Assembly (NCBI GenBank): GCA_964611205.1
Contig: CAZSZB010000004.1
Location: 12,121 to 76,120 of the forward strand
Direction: 5' to 3'
DNA: 64,000 bases
Origin: an uncultured Candidatus Saccharibacteria bacterium
GTDB lineage: Bacteria > Patescibacteriota > Minisyncoccia > Phycocordibacterales > UBA918
Part shown: in pieces, positions 19,855 through 28,896 of the stretch
How the letters are laid out: the number at the start of each line of letters is the position of its first letter
How positions within the stretch are numbered: the stretch's first letter is position 1
Notes under the pieces: generated by a model
Seen by the model: the letters and a program-made list of their open reading frames with translations, nothing else
What the model was told of the DNA's origin: nothing
The model's database searches: none
Program-made: the position numbers and the translations under genes

Positions 19855-20828
19855 TAATAGGGGCGAGAGCCGAGTCGCTTGGCAATCCTGTAAAGTATGA
19901 AGAGTATTCCCAACAGAAAGACAATTTCTGTTATCACAGGAAAACCTAGAATAAAAGATAGGGCGGCCAACACCACAGTAAATAGAATAGAGAAAACATT
20001 ACCAAAAAAGGTTAAAAAATCGCCGAAAAACCCAGGGGGTTTTTCGGCACTTAATGACCGGTCTTTTTTGCTTATTCTTTCAACGTAACCAAAGCCGTCT
20101 TCATTTACCTCAATTATTCCATTCTCTCTATCTAACCTAGCTTGCCTTTGTTCCCGATAATCATCTAAATTTTCTTTTAGGTCATTTATATTATTAGTCA
20201 TTACTCCTAGTACCTGCCCAATCGGTTTATAGTTAGTAAATTGTTCTAGTCCAGGTTCGGTCTTGTTATTATCGTCGGTAGTATTCGTATCACTTATTAT
20301 TGGTGAGTCGTAGATTAGTGGGTTAGTACCAGCTTCTATTTCTTCTTTGTCACTTATACCGTCTCCGTCATCATCAGTGTCAGTCTGGTCACCGATCCCG
20401 TCTTGGTCAGTGTCTTTGTCTACAAATATTGTATCTTCAGCTAAGTTTAAGTTGGTAATAATATCGGTCCCCCTAGAGTTCGAAGTCGCCTTGAAGTGAG
20501 ATAATACAACTTTAATTGTTGAAGTTCCATAACTAGGCTGCCAATCTATCCAGCTATCAATAACTTGATCCGCCGCGGCTGTTATTGGATTTTTGCCAAT
20601 AGAATTATCATTAACAAAAAATTCTACAGTGCCGGTGAAGTCTGTTTTGGTATTGTTACGGACAGCAACATAAATTCTTGTTGGTACATCAGCCAGAATA
20701 TTTTCGGTATCGTACCAAAGACCATTAACTATTCCGACGTTAGAAGCTAATGCCAGGTTTGGAAATAGAAACACCAGAATACCTAGTGTATTTATTAACC
20801 ATCTCATTTTTTCATTATAACCTATCAA
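19854..20828 (-). CDS. Secreted and membrane-anchored protein with thrombospondin type-3-like calcium-binding repeats
   Basis: It has a signal peptide, a mid-region DKDTDQDGIGDQTDTDDDGDGISD (DxDxDG repeats), and two C-terminal transmembrane helices. Confidence 0.6.
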   Translation of the reverse strand: MIGYNEKMRWLINTLGILVFLFPNLALASNVGIVNGLWYDTENILADVPTRIYVAVRNNTKTDFTGTVEFFVNDNSIGKNPITAAADQVIDSWIDWQPSYGTSTIKVVLSHFKATSNSRGTDIITNLNLAEDTIFVDKDTDQDGIGDQTDTDDDGDGISDKEEIEAGTNPLIYDSPIISDTNTTDDNNKTEPGLEQFTNYKPIGQVLGVMTNNINDLKENLDDYREQRQARLDRENGIIEVNEDGFGYVERISKKDRSLSAEKPPGFFGDFLTFFGNVFSILFTVVLAALSFILGFPVITEIVFLLGILFILYRIAKRLGSRPY

Positions 20829-20872
20829 TATAAAAGGTCAGCTTGAAAGTCAGAAATATTTCAAGTTTTACT

Positions 20873-20901
20873 ATTGCGACAATTTGATAAATACCGTATA
20901 G
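20873..20901 (+). promoter_or_regulatory. Candidate sigma70-type promoter for fusA
   Basis: -35 TTGCGA, a 17-bp spacer, -10 TATAGT, about 150 nt upstream of fusA. Confidence 0.35.
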
Positions 20902-21053
20902 TATGCGCGTTTAGCCCACAATTAGGGCAATTTTCTATTTTGCATTTTATTTTTTGTGCACAGTAGGGAGGTTTAAAAGAACATTATTGATTTATACGTA
21001 TATTATTAAGTAAGTATAGGTGAATATAATTAAATAATTAATTAACAATTACT

Positions 21054-23228
21054 ATGGCACGAGCATTTCCACTGGATAGACTACGTAACTTCGGTATCGT
21101 TGCACACGTTGATGCCGGGAAAACAACAACATCAGAACGCATTCTTTTTTATACAGGAATGAGTCACAAAATGGGTGAGACCCACGACGGTACATCAATT
21201 ACTGACTGGATGGACCAAGAACGTGAGCGCGGTATTACTATTACTGCCGCTGCTATTTCTTGTAACTGGGCGAAAACTTTAGAGACTGATCGCACTAATA
21301 AAGACAAGATGTACAGTTTCAACATCATCGACACTCCTGGACACATCGACTTTACTGCCGAGGTAAAACGATCGATGCGCGTGCTCGACGGAGCAGTGGT
21401 TGTATTCGATGGGGCAGCAGGAGTAGAGCCACAGACTGAAACTAACTGGGGTTATGCCGACGAAGCTAGTGTGCCACGAATTTGTTTCGTCAATAAAATG
21501 GATAAATTAGGAGCTGATTTTGATGCTTCTGTAAAATCTATTGAAAATCGTCTTTCTAAAAAAGCTTGTCGTATTCAAATCCCAATGGGCTCAGAAAACA
21601 ATATGCGAGGTGTGATAGATCTGATCACTATGAAGGCCTATACTTTTGGCGGGGAAATGGGAATGGAAGTTAGCGAACAAGAAATTCCTGAAGAATTCAA
21701 AGCTGAGGCAGAAAAACGTCGCGCTGAACTTATCGAACGTGTAGTTGAACATGATGATGCTCTGATGGAAGCCTTTCTAGAAGGGAAGGAACCTTCTTTA
21801 GAGGATTTAAAGAAGACTCTTCGTAAAGCTGTTTTAGCTAACGAGATTTTCCCAGTGATGACTGGTACTGCTCTACAAAATGTTGGAGTGCAACTAATTC
21901 TTGATGCCGTGGTTGACTACCTCCCGTCGCCACTAGACCTGCCTGATACTGTAGGACATGATCCAAAAGACGAAGAAATTACATTAACTCGCAAGGCTTC
22001 TGACGAAGAACCAATGTCTGCTCTAGTTTTCAAACTCCAAGATGACAAGTTTGTTGGTCAATTAGCTTTCTTCCGAGTTTATTCTGGTGTTATTAAAAGT
22101 GGTACATATATCCTTAACGCTTCAACAGGTAACAAAGAGCGAGTAGGACGAATTGTCCGCTTGATGGCTGATAAACGGGAAGAGGTAGAAGAAGTGTATG
22201 CTGGAGAAATTGCTGCTGCCGTAGGTATTAAAGAAGTAAAAACATCACATACACTATGTGATGTCGATAAACCAATTCTACTAGAAACCATCACTTTCCC
22301 AGCTCCGGTGGTAGCAGTTCGGGTAGAACCAAAGACAAAGAACGACCAAGAAAAAATGGGTGTGGCTTTGAAGCGATTGGCTGATGAAGATCCGACATTT
22401 GTGGTCTCGACTGATGATGAAACATTAGAGACTATTATTGCTGGTATGGGTGAGTTACACCTAGACATTCTGATCGACCGTATGAAACGAGAATTTGGTG
22501 TTGAAGCAAATATTGGTCAACCACAGGTTGCTTACCGAGAAACTATTCAACGAGAAGCTGAAGCTGAACACAAATATATCAAACAATCTGGTGGTCGTGG
22601 ACAATATGGTCATGTTAAGATCCGTATTAAACCACTCGAACCCCTAGCTGAAGGGGAGACCGTAGCTAAGAATGTGACTCGCGAAGATCATTTCGAGTTT
22701 GTCAACAGTATTAAAGGCGGTACTATTCCACAAGAATATATTCCAGCAGTGATGAAGGGTTGTAGAGAGGCCATGGCTCGTGGTCAGGTAGCTGGTTATA
22801 AGATGGAAGATGTTTCCGTTGAATTGTTTGACGGTTCTTACCATGATGTGGACTCAAGCGAAATTGCCTTTAAATTGGCTGGTATTAACGCTTTCAAGGA
22901 AGCAGCTAAGAGAGCTAATGCGGTTATTCTTGAGCCGATAATGAAGGTTGAAGTGCGAACTCCAGAAGAATATATGGGAGATATTAACGGAAATATTTCT
23001 TCTAAGCGCGGACAAGTAGAGGCTTCAGAAGAATTGGGTGGAAAAACTATTGTTCACGCCAAGGTGCCTTTGTCTGAAATGTTTGGTTACACAAATACTT
23101 TGCGTTCTATGACACAGGGCCGAGCTTCAATGACAATGGAATTTGATCATTATGAAGTAGTGCCTCCAAACGTAGCCGAGGAGATTAAAAAAGCTCGAGG
23201 AGTTAAATCAGATGTTGAGACAGCTTAA
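21054..23228 (+). CDS. fusA: Elongation factor G
   Basis: The G-domain motif AHVDAGKTTTSE is present in a 724-aa protein. Confidence 0.95.
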   Translation: MARAFPLDRLRNFGIVAHVDAGKTTTSERILFYTGMSHKMGETHDGTSITDWMDQERERGITITAAAISCNWAKTLETDRTNKDKMYSFNIIDTPGHIDFTAEVKRSMRVLDGAVVVFDGAAGVEPQTETNWGYADEASVPRICFVNKMDKLGADFDASVKSIENRLSKKACRIQIPMGSENNMRGVIDLITMKAYTFGGEMGMEVSEQEIPEEFKAEAEKRRAELIERVVEHDDALMEAFLEGKEPSLEDLKKTLRKAVLANEIFPVMTGTALQNVGVQLILDAVVDYLPSPLDLPDTVGHDPKDEEITLTRKASDEEPMSALVFKLQDDKFVGQLAFFRVYSGVIKSGTYILNASTGNKERVGRIVRLMADKREEVEEVYAGEIAAAVGIKEVKTSHTLCDVDKPILLETITFPAPVVAVRVEPKTKNDQEKMGVALKRLADEDPTFVVSTDDETLETIIAGMGELHLDILIDRMKREFGVEANIGQPQVAYRETIQREAEAEHKYIKQSGGRGQYGHVKIRIKPLEPLAEGETVAKNVTREDHFEFVNSIKGGTIPQEYIPAVMKGCREAMARGQVAGYKMEDVSVELFDGSYHDVDSSEIAFKLAGINAFKEAAKRANAVILEPIMKVEVRTPEEYMGDINGNISSKRGQVEASEELGGKTIVHAKVPLSEMFGYTNTLRSMTQGRASMTMEFDHYEVVPPNVAEEIKKARGVKSDVETA

Positions 23229-23257
23229 CTACACAAGATACGATTAAGTCTGCATAA

Positions 23258-23296
23258 ACAAAAGACCAGTCGCTATTGCGACTGGTCTTTTGTTTA
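23258..23296 (+). terminator. Intrinsic terminator after fusA
   Basis: Stem AGACCAGTCGC, loop tatt, stem GCGACTGGTCT, followed by TTTGTTT. Confidence 0.7.
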
Positions 23297-23365
23297 TATT
23301 CAGTAATACACAGTCTAGGTTCTGCCTAAGTATATTTAGATCAAACACAGGTTACAATATAAGTA

Positions 23366-24367
23366 ATGTCTTCATCAACTCGGGTGTTCCTGTTTACTGT
23401 CGTAGCTTTGTTTATCTCAGCCATTGCACTTTTGTCTGTTGCTATAGCGAGTGCAGATGTTGGTCCCTTTGATCAGCCTGTGGAAATGTCTGGCTATGCT
23501 TGGAGTAGTAATGTCGGCTGGATATCCCTAAACTGCTCTAATGATAGTTCTTGTGCTACATCAGACTACAAAGTAAGAATAAACACCGATTATACAGTCA
23601 CCGGCTATGCTTGGAGCAGTAACGTTGGTTGGATTAAATTTGGTGGTCTTTCTGGTATGCCGGCTAGTGGCGGACAAGCCCAGATAAACAATGACCGAGA
23701 TCAAATGACTGGTTGGATAAGAGCTTGCTCAGCTACCGACGCTGGTGATTGTACTGGAGGATTAGACCCTGATGGTGGTGGTTGGGATGGTTGGATTTCT
23801 TTAAATTGTTCTAATAACAGCGGTTGTGCCACTTCCAATTACGCTACTACTGTAGGAGTAGGTAGTTTTGGTAATTACGCCTGGGGCGGTGATGTTATTG
23901 GTTGGGTAAGCTTTGCTACAGCTGATTTCACTCAACCATGTACCCCCGCTCTGGCTTGTAATGCTGAAAATAATGGCTATGCTATTAACAATCAATGGTG
24001 TGAATCAGAGGCGCCAGTTAGCTGTGCGGGTAATGAATATTGTTATGACACTGTAGGTTGTAAGTTAGTAGATATTAACTATCAATTTTCTGTCAATCAA
24101 TTATTAGTTAAAAAAGAAGGGAAAGTTACTTTAGATTGGTCAGTTGATGGAGCTGATGTATCACAATGTAAGGTGACTGGTAACAACAATGATTCCTGGA
24201 TTGGTCTAACTGATGAGAGCGTATCTGGTGGAGTAGCAATTGTGTCTAGTCCTTTAACTAGACAGGTAACAGCCTTTACTCTTAGTTGTGTTCCAGCCGG
24301 TGGTGGTAGTTTCTATGATTTGAAAACTATTGAAGTTAACCTAGTACCAACGATAATCGAAAGCTAA
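23366..24367 (+). CDS. Secreted Trp-rich repeat protein
   Basis: It has a signal peptide and three repeats of the type GYAWSSNVGWI(S/K)(L/F)..C.. Confidence 0.55.
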   Translation: MSSSTRVFLFTVVALFISAIALLSVAIASADVGPFDQPVEMSGYAWSSNVGWISLNCSNDSSCATSDYKVRINTDYTVTGYAWSSNVGWIKFGGLSGMPASGGQAQINNDRDQMTGWIRACSATDAGDCTGGLDPDGGGWDGWISLNCSNNSGCATSNYATTVGVGSFGNYAWGGDVIGWVSFATADFTQPCTPALACNAENNGYAINNQWCESEAPVSCAGNEYCYDTVGCKLVDINYQFSVNQLLVKKEGKVTLDWSVDGADVSQCKVTGNNNDSWIGLTDESVSGGVAIVSSPLTRQVTAFTLSCVPAGGGSFYDLKTIEVNLVPTIIES

Positions 24368-24368
24368 C

Positions 24369-24677
24369 ATGCAAATAATTCGTAATTTTTTCACAAAGTA
24401 CCAAATATCTATCCTTATTTTATCTAATATATTGATATTGATTACTATTTGTTTGGTTTTATATGGTTGGTATTATCTCTATACTTCAAACCTGACGAGC
24501 CATAAGTTTTTTGGAATAGATGACGATTCAGAATCAAGTGAGATTGAAGAAAAGACATCTCAAAAAATAACTCTTGAAGATAAAAAAGCTTTATTGGAAA
24601 AACTAGAAGGCAATCCCGATAATGTGTCAATTGAAGATAAACGAAAATTATTATCGACTCTCCAGTCGTCTGAGTAA
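24369..24677 (+). CDS. Small membrane protein with an acidic, Ser-rich tail
   Basis: 102 aa with a single transmembrane helix. Confidence 0.4.
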   Translation: MQIIRNFFTKYQISILILSNILILITICLVLYGWYYLYTSNLTSHKFFGIDDDSESSEIEEKTSQKITLEDKKALLEKLEGNPDNVSIEDKRKLLSTLQSSE

Positions 24678-24699
24678 GTTCTATTTTAAATAAAATATA

Positions 24700-24900
24700 A
24701 CCATGAAAACCCTCACCACCAGCCTCATAAAAATCTCCATCATCCTCACCATCGTCACGGTCGCTTTCGCCGTCAACTACATCCAAGCTGCTTGGTCCGC
24801 TCCACAGAACAACCCACCAGATGGCAACACCCCAGCTCCCATTAACACCGGCAGCGAAGCCCAGGTGAAAGAAGGAGCTTTATCAGTTGATGGATTAGTA
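24700..24900 (+). repeat. Copy 1 of the ~195-bp 5' module (signal peptide plus conserved stalk start)
   Basis: About 90% DNA identity to copies at 25471, 26148, 28146 and 28900. Confidence 0.8.
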
Positions 24901-25398
24901 TCCCACTCTAACAACAACATCTTTGTGGGTGCCGGGGAACAAGAATTTTATGTCAAACCCGGGTTTAAGGGTGAGGTACAGACTAGTGGATATACTACGA
25001 TAGGTACTTCTTCAGGTACTGTGTATACACCTAATGACTTTGAGGTAGGAGGTCAAGTACGAGCTAGTCAGTATTGTGATGAGAATGGGGCTAATTGTTT
25101 AAGTGGTGGGGGGTCATCAGGCGAAAATGGAGTGTTGGGAGGCGGTTGGCCAGTTTTTTTTGTGTGTGAAACACGGAGCGATTTTAAAAGTTTATTCATT
25201 TTATTAAAAATGAACCCATCGACCGTAGTATACGGGACTTTCAATGTGTCCCAAGCAGACAGAACTTCTACTTGGCATTCGTACGTTTATTTTAACAAAT
25301 TAGACAGAAACCCTACAGGATCTGGAGATTATGCCCCGCCGTCATGTGCAAAAAACATGGATACCTTGATCAGTGAAGGAAAGGCCATTTTCAATTAA
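24703..25398 (+). CDS. Paralog A of the island family: shared N-terminal module with a unique C-terminal domain
   Basis: N-terminus MKTL..IKISIIL.IVTVAFAVNYIQAAWSAPQNNPPDGNTPAPIN.G.EAQVKEGALSVDGL. Confidence 0.7.
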   Translation: MKTLTTSLIKISIILTIVTVAFAVNYIQAAWSAPQNNPPDGNTPAPINTGSEAQVKEGALSVDGLVSHSNNNIFVGAGEQEFYVKPGFKGEVQTSGYTTIGTSSGTVYTPNDFEVGGQVRASQYCDENGANCLSGGGSSGENGVLGGGWPVFFVCETRSDFKSLFILLKMNPSTVVYGTFNVSQADRTSTWHSYVYFNKLDRNPTGSGDYAPPSCAKNMDTLISEGKAIFN

Positions 25399-25461
25399 TA
25401 TTTTATTTTTAGCTAAACAGAAATCTTAAGCAAAAATCACAATATAACAGTTCATTTTAAT

Positions 25462-26142
25462 TTGATAACAACCATGAAAACCCTCCCCCACACCATCATA
25501 AAAATCTCCATCATCCTCACCATTGTCACGGTTGCTTTCGCCGTCAACTATCTCTACGCTGCTTGGTCCGCCCCACAGAACAACCCACCAGATGGCAACA
25601 CCCCAGCTCCCATCAACGCTGGTACTGAAGCCCAAGTGAAAGAAGGAGCTTTGTCGGTGGATGGGTTAACTTCGTATGCCAATAACAACATTTTTGTTGG
25701 TGCAGGAGGTCAACAATTCTCTATCAAGCCAGGGTTTAAGGGCAATACACAAACTAGTGACTATACAACAATTGGTGACGCCTCTAGTACAGTCTATATT
25801 TTAGGCAGTTTAGAAGTAGAAAATAGCAACGGTACAGGCAGTGATTATTTGTGGCGCTATGAGAATTTTGATGAAGATATTTACCCTTCTTTTTTTCCAG
25901 GTATTTGTGCTTATGGGTTGAATTGGAAATGTCCCGGCTGGGACAAAGTAATGTGGAAACAACCTCCAGCTAGTAGAGATACTTGTAATCAAAATATTAA
26001 CGGACCATACACATGCGCTGTAAATGAGAGTAAGACATGTAACGATGTAATTAAGGCGTGTGATCATTCGGGCGAACCTTGTGGTTATTCTGAAAGTATA
26101 GTGACTTGTAAAAAGTTAAAAACTCCCTACGTGATAGAATAA
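25462..26142 (+). CDS. Paralog B of the island family, with a Cys-rich C-terminal domain
   Basis: It carries the same N-terminal module; the probable start is MKTLPH at 25474. Confidence 0.7.
   Translation: MITTMKTLPHTIIKISIILTIVTVAFAVNYLYAAWSAPQNNPPDGNTPAPINAGTEAQVKEGALSVDGLTSYANNNIFVGAGGQQFSIKPGFKGNTQTSDYTTIGDASSTVYILGSLEVENSNGTGSDYLWRYENFDEDIYPSFFPGICAYGLNWKCPGWDKVMWKQPPASRDTCNQNINGPYTCAVNESKTCNDVIKACDHSGEPCGYSESIVTCKKLKTPYVIE
25471..25670 (+). repeat. Copy 2 of the 5' module
   Basis: Near-identical DNA. Confidence 0.8.
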
Positions 26143-26147
26143 TAAAT

Positions 26148-26345
26148 ATAATGATAAAAACCCTCCCCCACACCATCATAAAAATTTCCATCATTCTCGG
26201 CATCGTCACGGTAGCTTTCGCCGTCAACTACATCCAAGCTGCTTGGTCCGCCCCACAGAACAACCCACCAGATGGCAACACCCCAGCTCCCATCAACGCT
26301 GGTACTGAAGCTCAAGTGAAAGAGGGAGCTTTGTCGGTGGATGGG
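26148..26345 (+). repeat. Copy 3 of the 5' module
   Basis: Near-identical DNA. Confidence 0.8.
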
Positions 26346-26747
26346 TTGGCTGTTTTCGGAAATATGATTATTTCTGGAAGTACAATTATTGGCAGCACTA
26401 CCTTGCCGTCAAGCGACATTACCTTGGGTGTGGATGGTTCAATAGGAGCCACGTCGTATTTATATACTTCAGATAAGAACTTAAAAACAAACATTAAAAC
26501 AGTAGCTGGTCTTGATACAGTTAAACAGCTGCGCGGAGTATCCTTTAACTGGAAAAAAAATGGTAAGAAATCTGTAGGTCTTATTGCTCAGGAAGTAGAA
26601 GAAGTGTTTCCAGAATTGGTCACCACTACAGACAGTGGACTCAAATATGTTGAGTACGGAAATTTAATTGCGCCACTTATTGAAGCTATTAAGGAACAAC
26701 AAATTCAAATTAATCAGTTACAGGCAGAACTGGATACTTTGAAATAG
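26151..26747 (+). CDS. Paralog C of the island family, with a C-terminal intramolecular-chaperone domain of the phage tail-fibre/endosialidase (peptidase S74) type
   Basis: The C-terminus SDKNLKTNIKT..LRGVSFNWKK..GLIAQEVEEVFPELV..KYVEYGNLIAPLIEAIKEQQ matches the S74 auto-chaperone consensus. Confidence 0.7.
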   Translation: MIKTLPHTIIKISIILGIVTVAFAVNYIQAAWSAPQNNPPDGNTPAPINAGTEAQVKEGALSVDGLAVFGNMIISGSTIIGSTTLPSSDITLGVDGSIGATSYLYTSDKNLKTNIKTVAGLDTVKQLRGVSFNWKKNGKKSVGLIAQEVEEVFPELVTTTDSGLKYVEYGNLIAPLIEAIKEQQIQINQLQAELDTLK

Positions 26748-26750
26748 AAT

Positions 26751-28109
26751 ATGGTGAATAAAATTTTTATAAAAAAATTTATAGTTCCTATCGCTATCTT
26801 TGTTTTAATTTTACCCATTGGCGTATGGGCTTTGGGAATAGTAGAAGAGGGTTTCTTAGTCAATAATTCAGAAGTAGCAATAGATGCCCACGGTACGTGT
26901 AAAAAAGTAAAAGCTAATGATGGCCGAGAATACTTTGTTCCGACCAAAGGTATAGATGAATGGAGTTCCTTCTTAGAAAATACACCAGTTGGGATGACTC
27001 TTTCAGAATGTATTGATTTTTCTGATCAAGTTGAGTTCATTACTAGTTTTAGCTGTCCCAATCCCTATCATTATATGAGATGTGGTTTGGTGGGTGTTAC
27101 TGATTCTATTACTAGTGATGGTGGATATATATATGCTTTTGAAGATGGGTATAACGGATCATATTCTTCACAAAAATTGCACATATACAAATATAATAAA
27201 GATACAAAATCTGTTTCACTTGTGGAGACAATAAAAAATCTTGGTAATTATCCTAAATGGATAGAGAGTTTTGCTATAAACTCCGATGGTAGTCGAATTT
27301 TACTTACTAGAAGACAAGATGTCGCCGGAGGAACATCTTCATTTTATATTTATGCATTTGATGGTGTGAATGCTAATTTACTTTACACAGGTTCTTATAA
27401 GGGAGGATTTAGCCACAACGTTTCTGCTATAAATGAGGATGGTACCGTGGTGGCTTTTCAAGGAAGAATTTATGAAAAAAACGGATCTACCTATGATGAG
27501 GTGTTTGATAATGGATTTCATGGAGCATTAGCATCCAATGACCCACAACAAAGTCACATAGGTGCAAATCTATATCTTGGTGATGATAGTTTTTATCTCT
27601 TTAAAAGAGAGGGGAGGGGAGACATTGTACAAAAACAGTCTGATGGGTCATGGCAAGTTATACAGTCAATTTTACCAAGTGTAAATAACAAATGGCAGGC
27701 TAGTTTTGCTGCTGTTTCTAACGATTATTCACTTATGGCTATTAACTCAAAAAAGGATTCTTCTTCTAATTATAAATCTGATATTTATAAAAAGAATGAG
27801 TCTGGCCCTGGCTACACCAAGTTGGGCACTATCGACTTGGGAGACCTGCAAAGACATACGGTTGAATTTTCAGCTGCCGGAAGATATTTTATTTCAGCTG
27901 GAAAGACCTGGAACATAGACCCTATGTTAGAAGGTGGTTCGCCGATTGTAGTTAAATCAACGGCAAACTGGATGGATTCTTATAGTACTTCTCAGTTTGG
28001 TTATGCTCATGAGAATAGTCTAGGAGATATTGTGGTAGCAAGGCCAGATATAAATGGTGGAGCTAAATTTTCTGGAAAATTTTATATATACAAGCGACTT
28101 CCCAATTAG
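26751..28109 (+). CDS. Secreted protein with beta-propeller-like repeats
   Basis: It has a signal peptide and repeated SDGS/EDGT..V beta-strand motifs. Confidence 0.5.
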   Translation: MVNKIFIKKFIVPIAIFVLILPIGVWALGIVEEGFLVNNSEVAIDAHGTCKKVKANDGREYFVPTKGIDEWSSFLENTPVGMTLSECIDFSDQVEFITSFSCPNPYHYMRCGLVGVTDSITSDGGYIYAFEDGYNGSYSSQKLHIYKYNKDTKSVSLVETIKNLGNYPKWIESFAINSDGSRILLTRRQDVAGGTSSFYIYAFDGVNANLLYTGSYKGGFSHNVSAINEDGTVVAFQGRIYEKNGSTYDEVFDNGFHGALASNDPQQSHIGANLYLGDDSFYLFKREGRGDIVQKQSDGSWQVIQSILPSVNNKWQASFAAVSNDYSLMAINSKKDSSSNYKSDIYKKNESGPGYTKLGTIDLGDLQRHTVEFSAAGRYFISAGKTWNIDPMLEGGSPIVVKSTANWMDSYSTSQFGYAHENSLGDIVVARPDINGGAKFSGKFYIYKRLPN

Positions 28110-28145
28110 GGTATTAGTAATGTTATTATAGAACATATAAATAAA

Positions 28146-28345
28146 ATAATGAAAACCCTCCCCCACACCATCATAAAAATCTCCATCATCCTCGGCATCG
28201 TCACGGTCGCTTTCGCCGTCAACTACATCCAAGCTGCCTGGTCTGCCCCACAGAACAACCCACCAGATGGCAACACCCCAGCTCCCATCAACGCTGGTAC
28301 TGAAGCCTAAGTGAAAGAAGGAGCTTTGTCGGTGGATGGGTTAAC
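28146..28345 (+). repeat. Copy 4 of the 5' module
   Basis: Near-identical DNA apart from the C-to-T change that creates the stop. Confidence 0.8.
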
Positions 28346-28841
28346 TTCGTATGCCAACACTAATATATTCATTGGTGCTAATAATCAAAGTCTCGAAATT
28401 AAACCTGGCTCAAAAGGCTCTGTTAGTGCCGCCGGCTACACTACTCTTGATGTGGTTGGTGCCAACGGCACTCTCTACACTCCTAAAGACTTAGAAGTAG
28501 GAGGTCAGGTACGAGCTGGTCAGTATTGTGATGAGAATGGGGAGAATTGTTTGACTGGCGGGGGGCCATCAGGCGGAACTCCAATCACTTATTCTGTAAC
28601 TGTGAGGTATCCACAGGATAAGAGTGGTAGCAGTGCAACAAAGTTGATCACTTCAAATGCTGGTTTTTTCATGTGTGCCTTGACCACACACCAAACTATA
28701 TATTATGAGACTTTTGGTTCAGATAACTTGGATGAGTATTGCAAAATCACCTATAATGGAAGTTCTGATGATTGGACATTGACTGGTAGAATCGTTGATA
28801 CAGTGCAGGCTCGGATAACATGCACTATGACCTGTCGTTAA
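28149..28841 (+). pseudogene. Paralog D of the island family, interrupted by an in-frame TAA at codon 54
   Basis: At 28308-28310 the codon GAA GCC TAA replaces GAA GCC CAA (EAQ) found in the other copies. The downstream frame continues with VKEGALSVDGL. Confidence 0.6.
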
Positions 28842-28896
28842 TAAATTAATTATGTACCACTGTACATGATAAAATAAAATTACAGTCTAATCTAAA

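Noticed and set aside
22079-22844. Antisense ORFs within fusA (22079-22468, 22644-22844), and similar ones within tuf (29958-30625), ftsH (52883-53455) and recG (58022-58285)
   Set aside because: They are reverse-frame ORFs inside strongly supported conserved genes.
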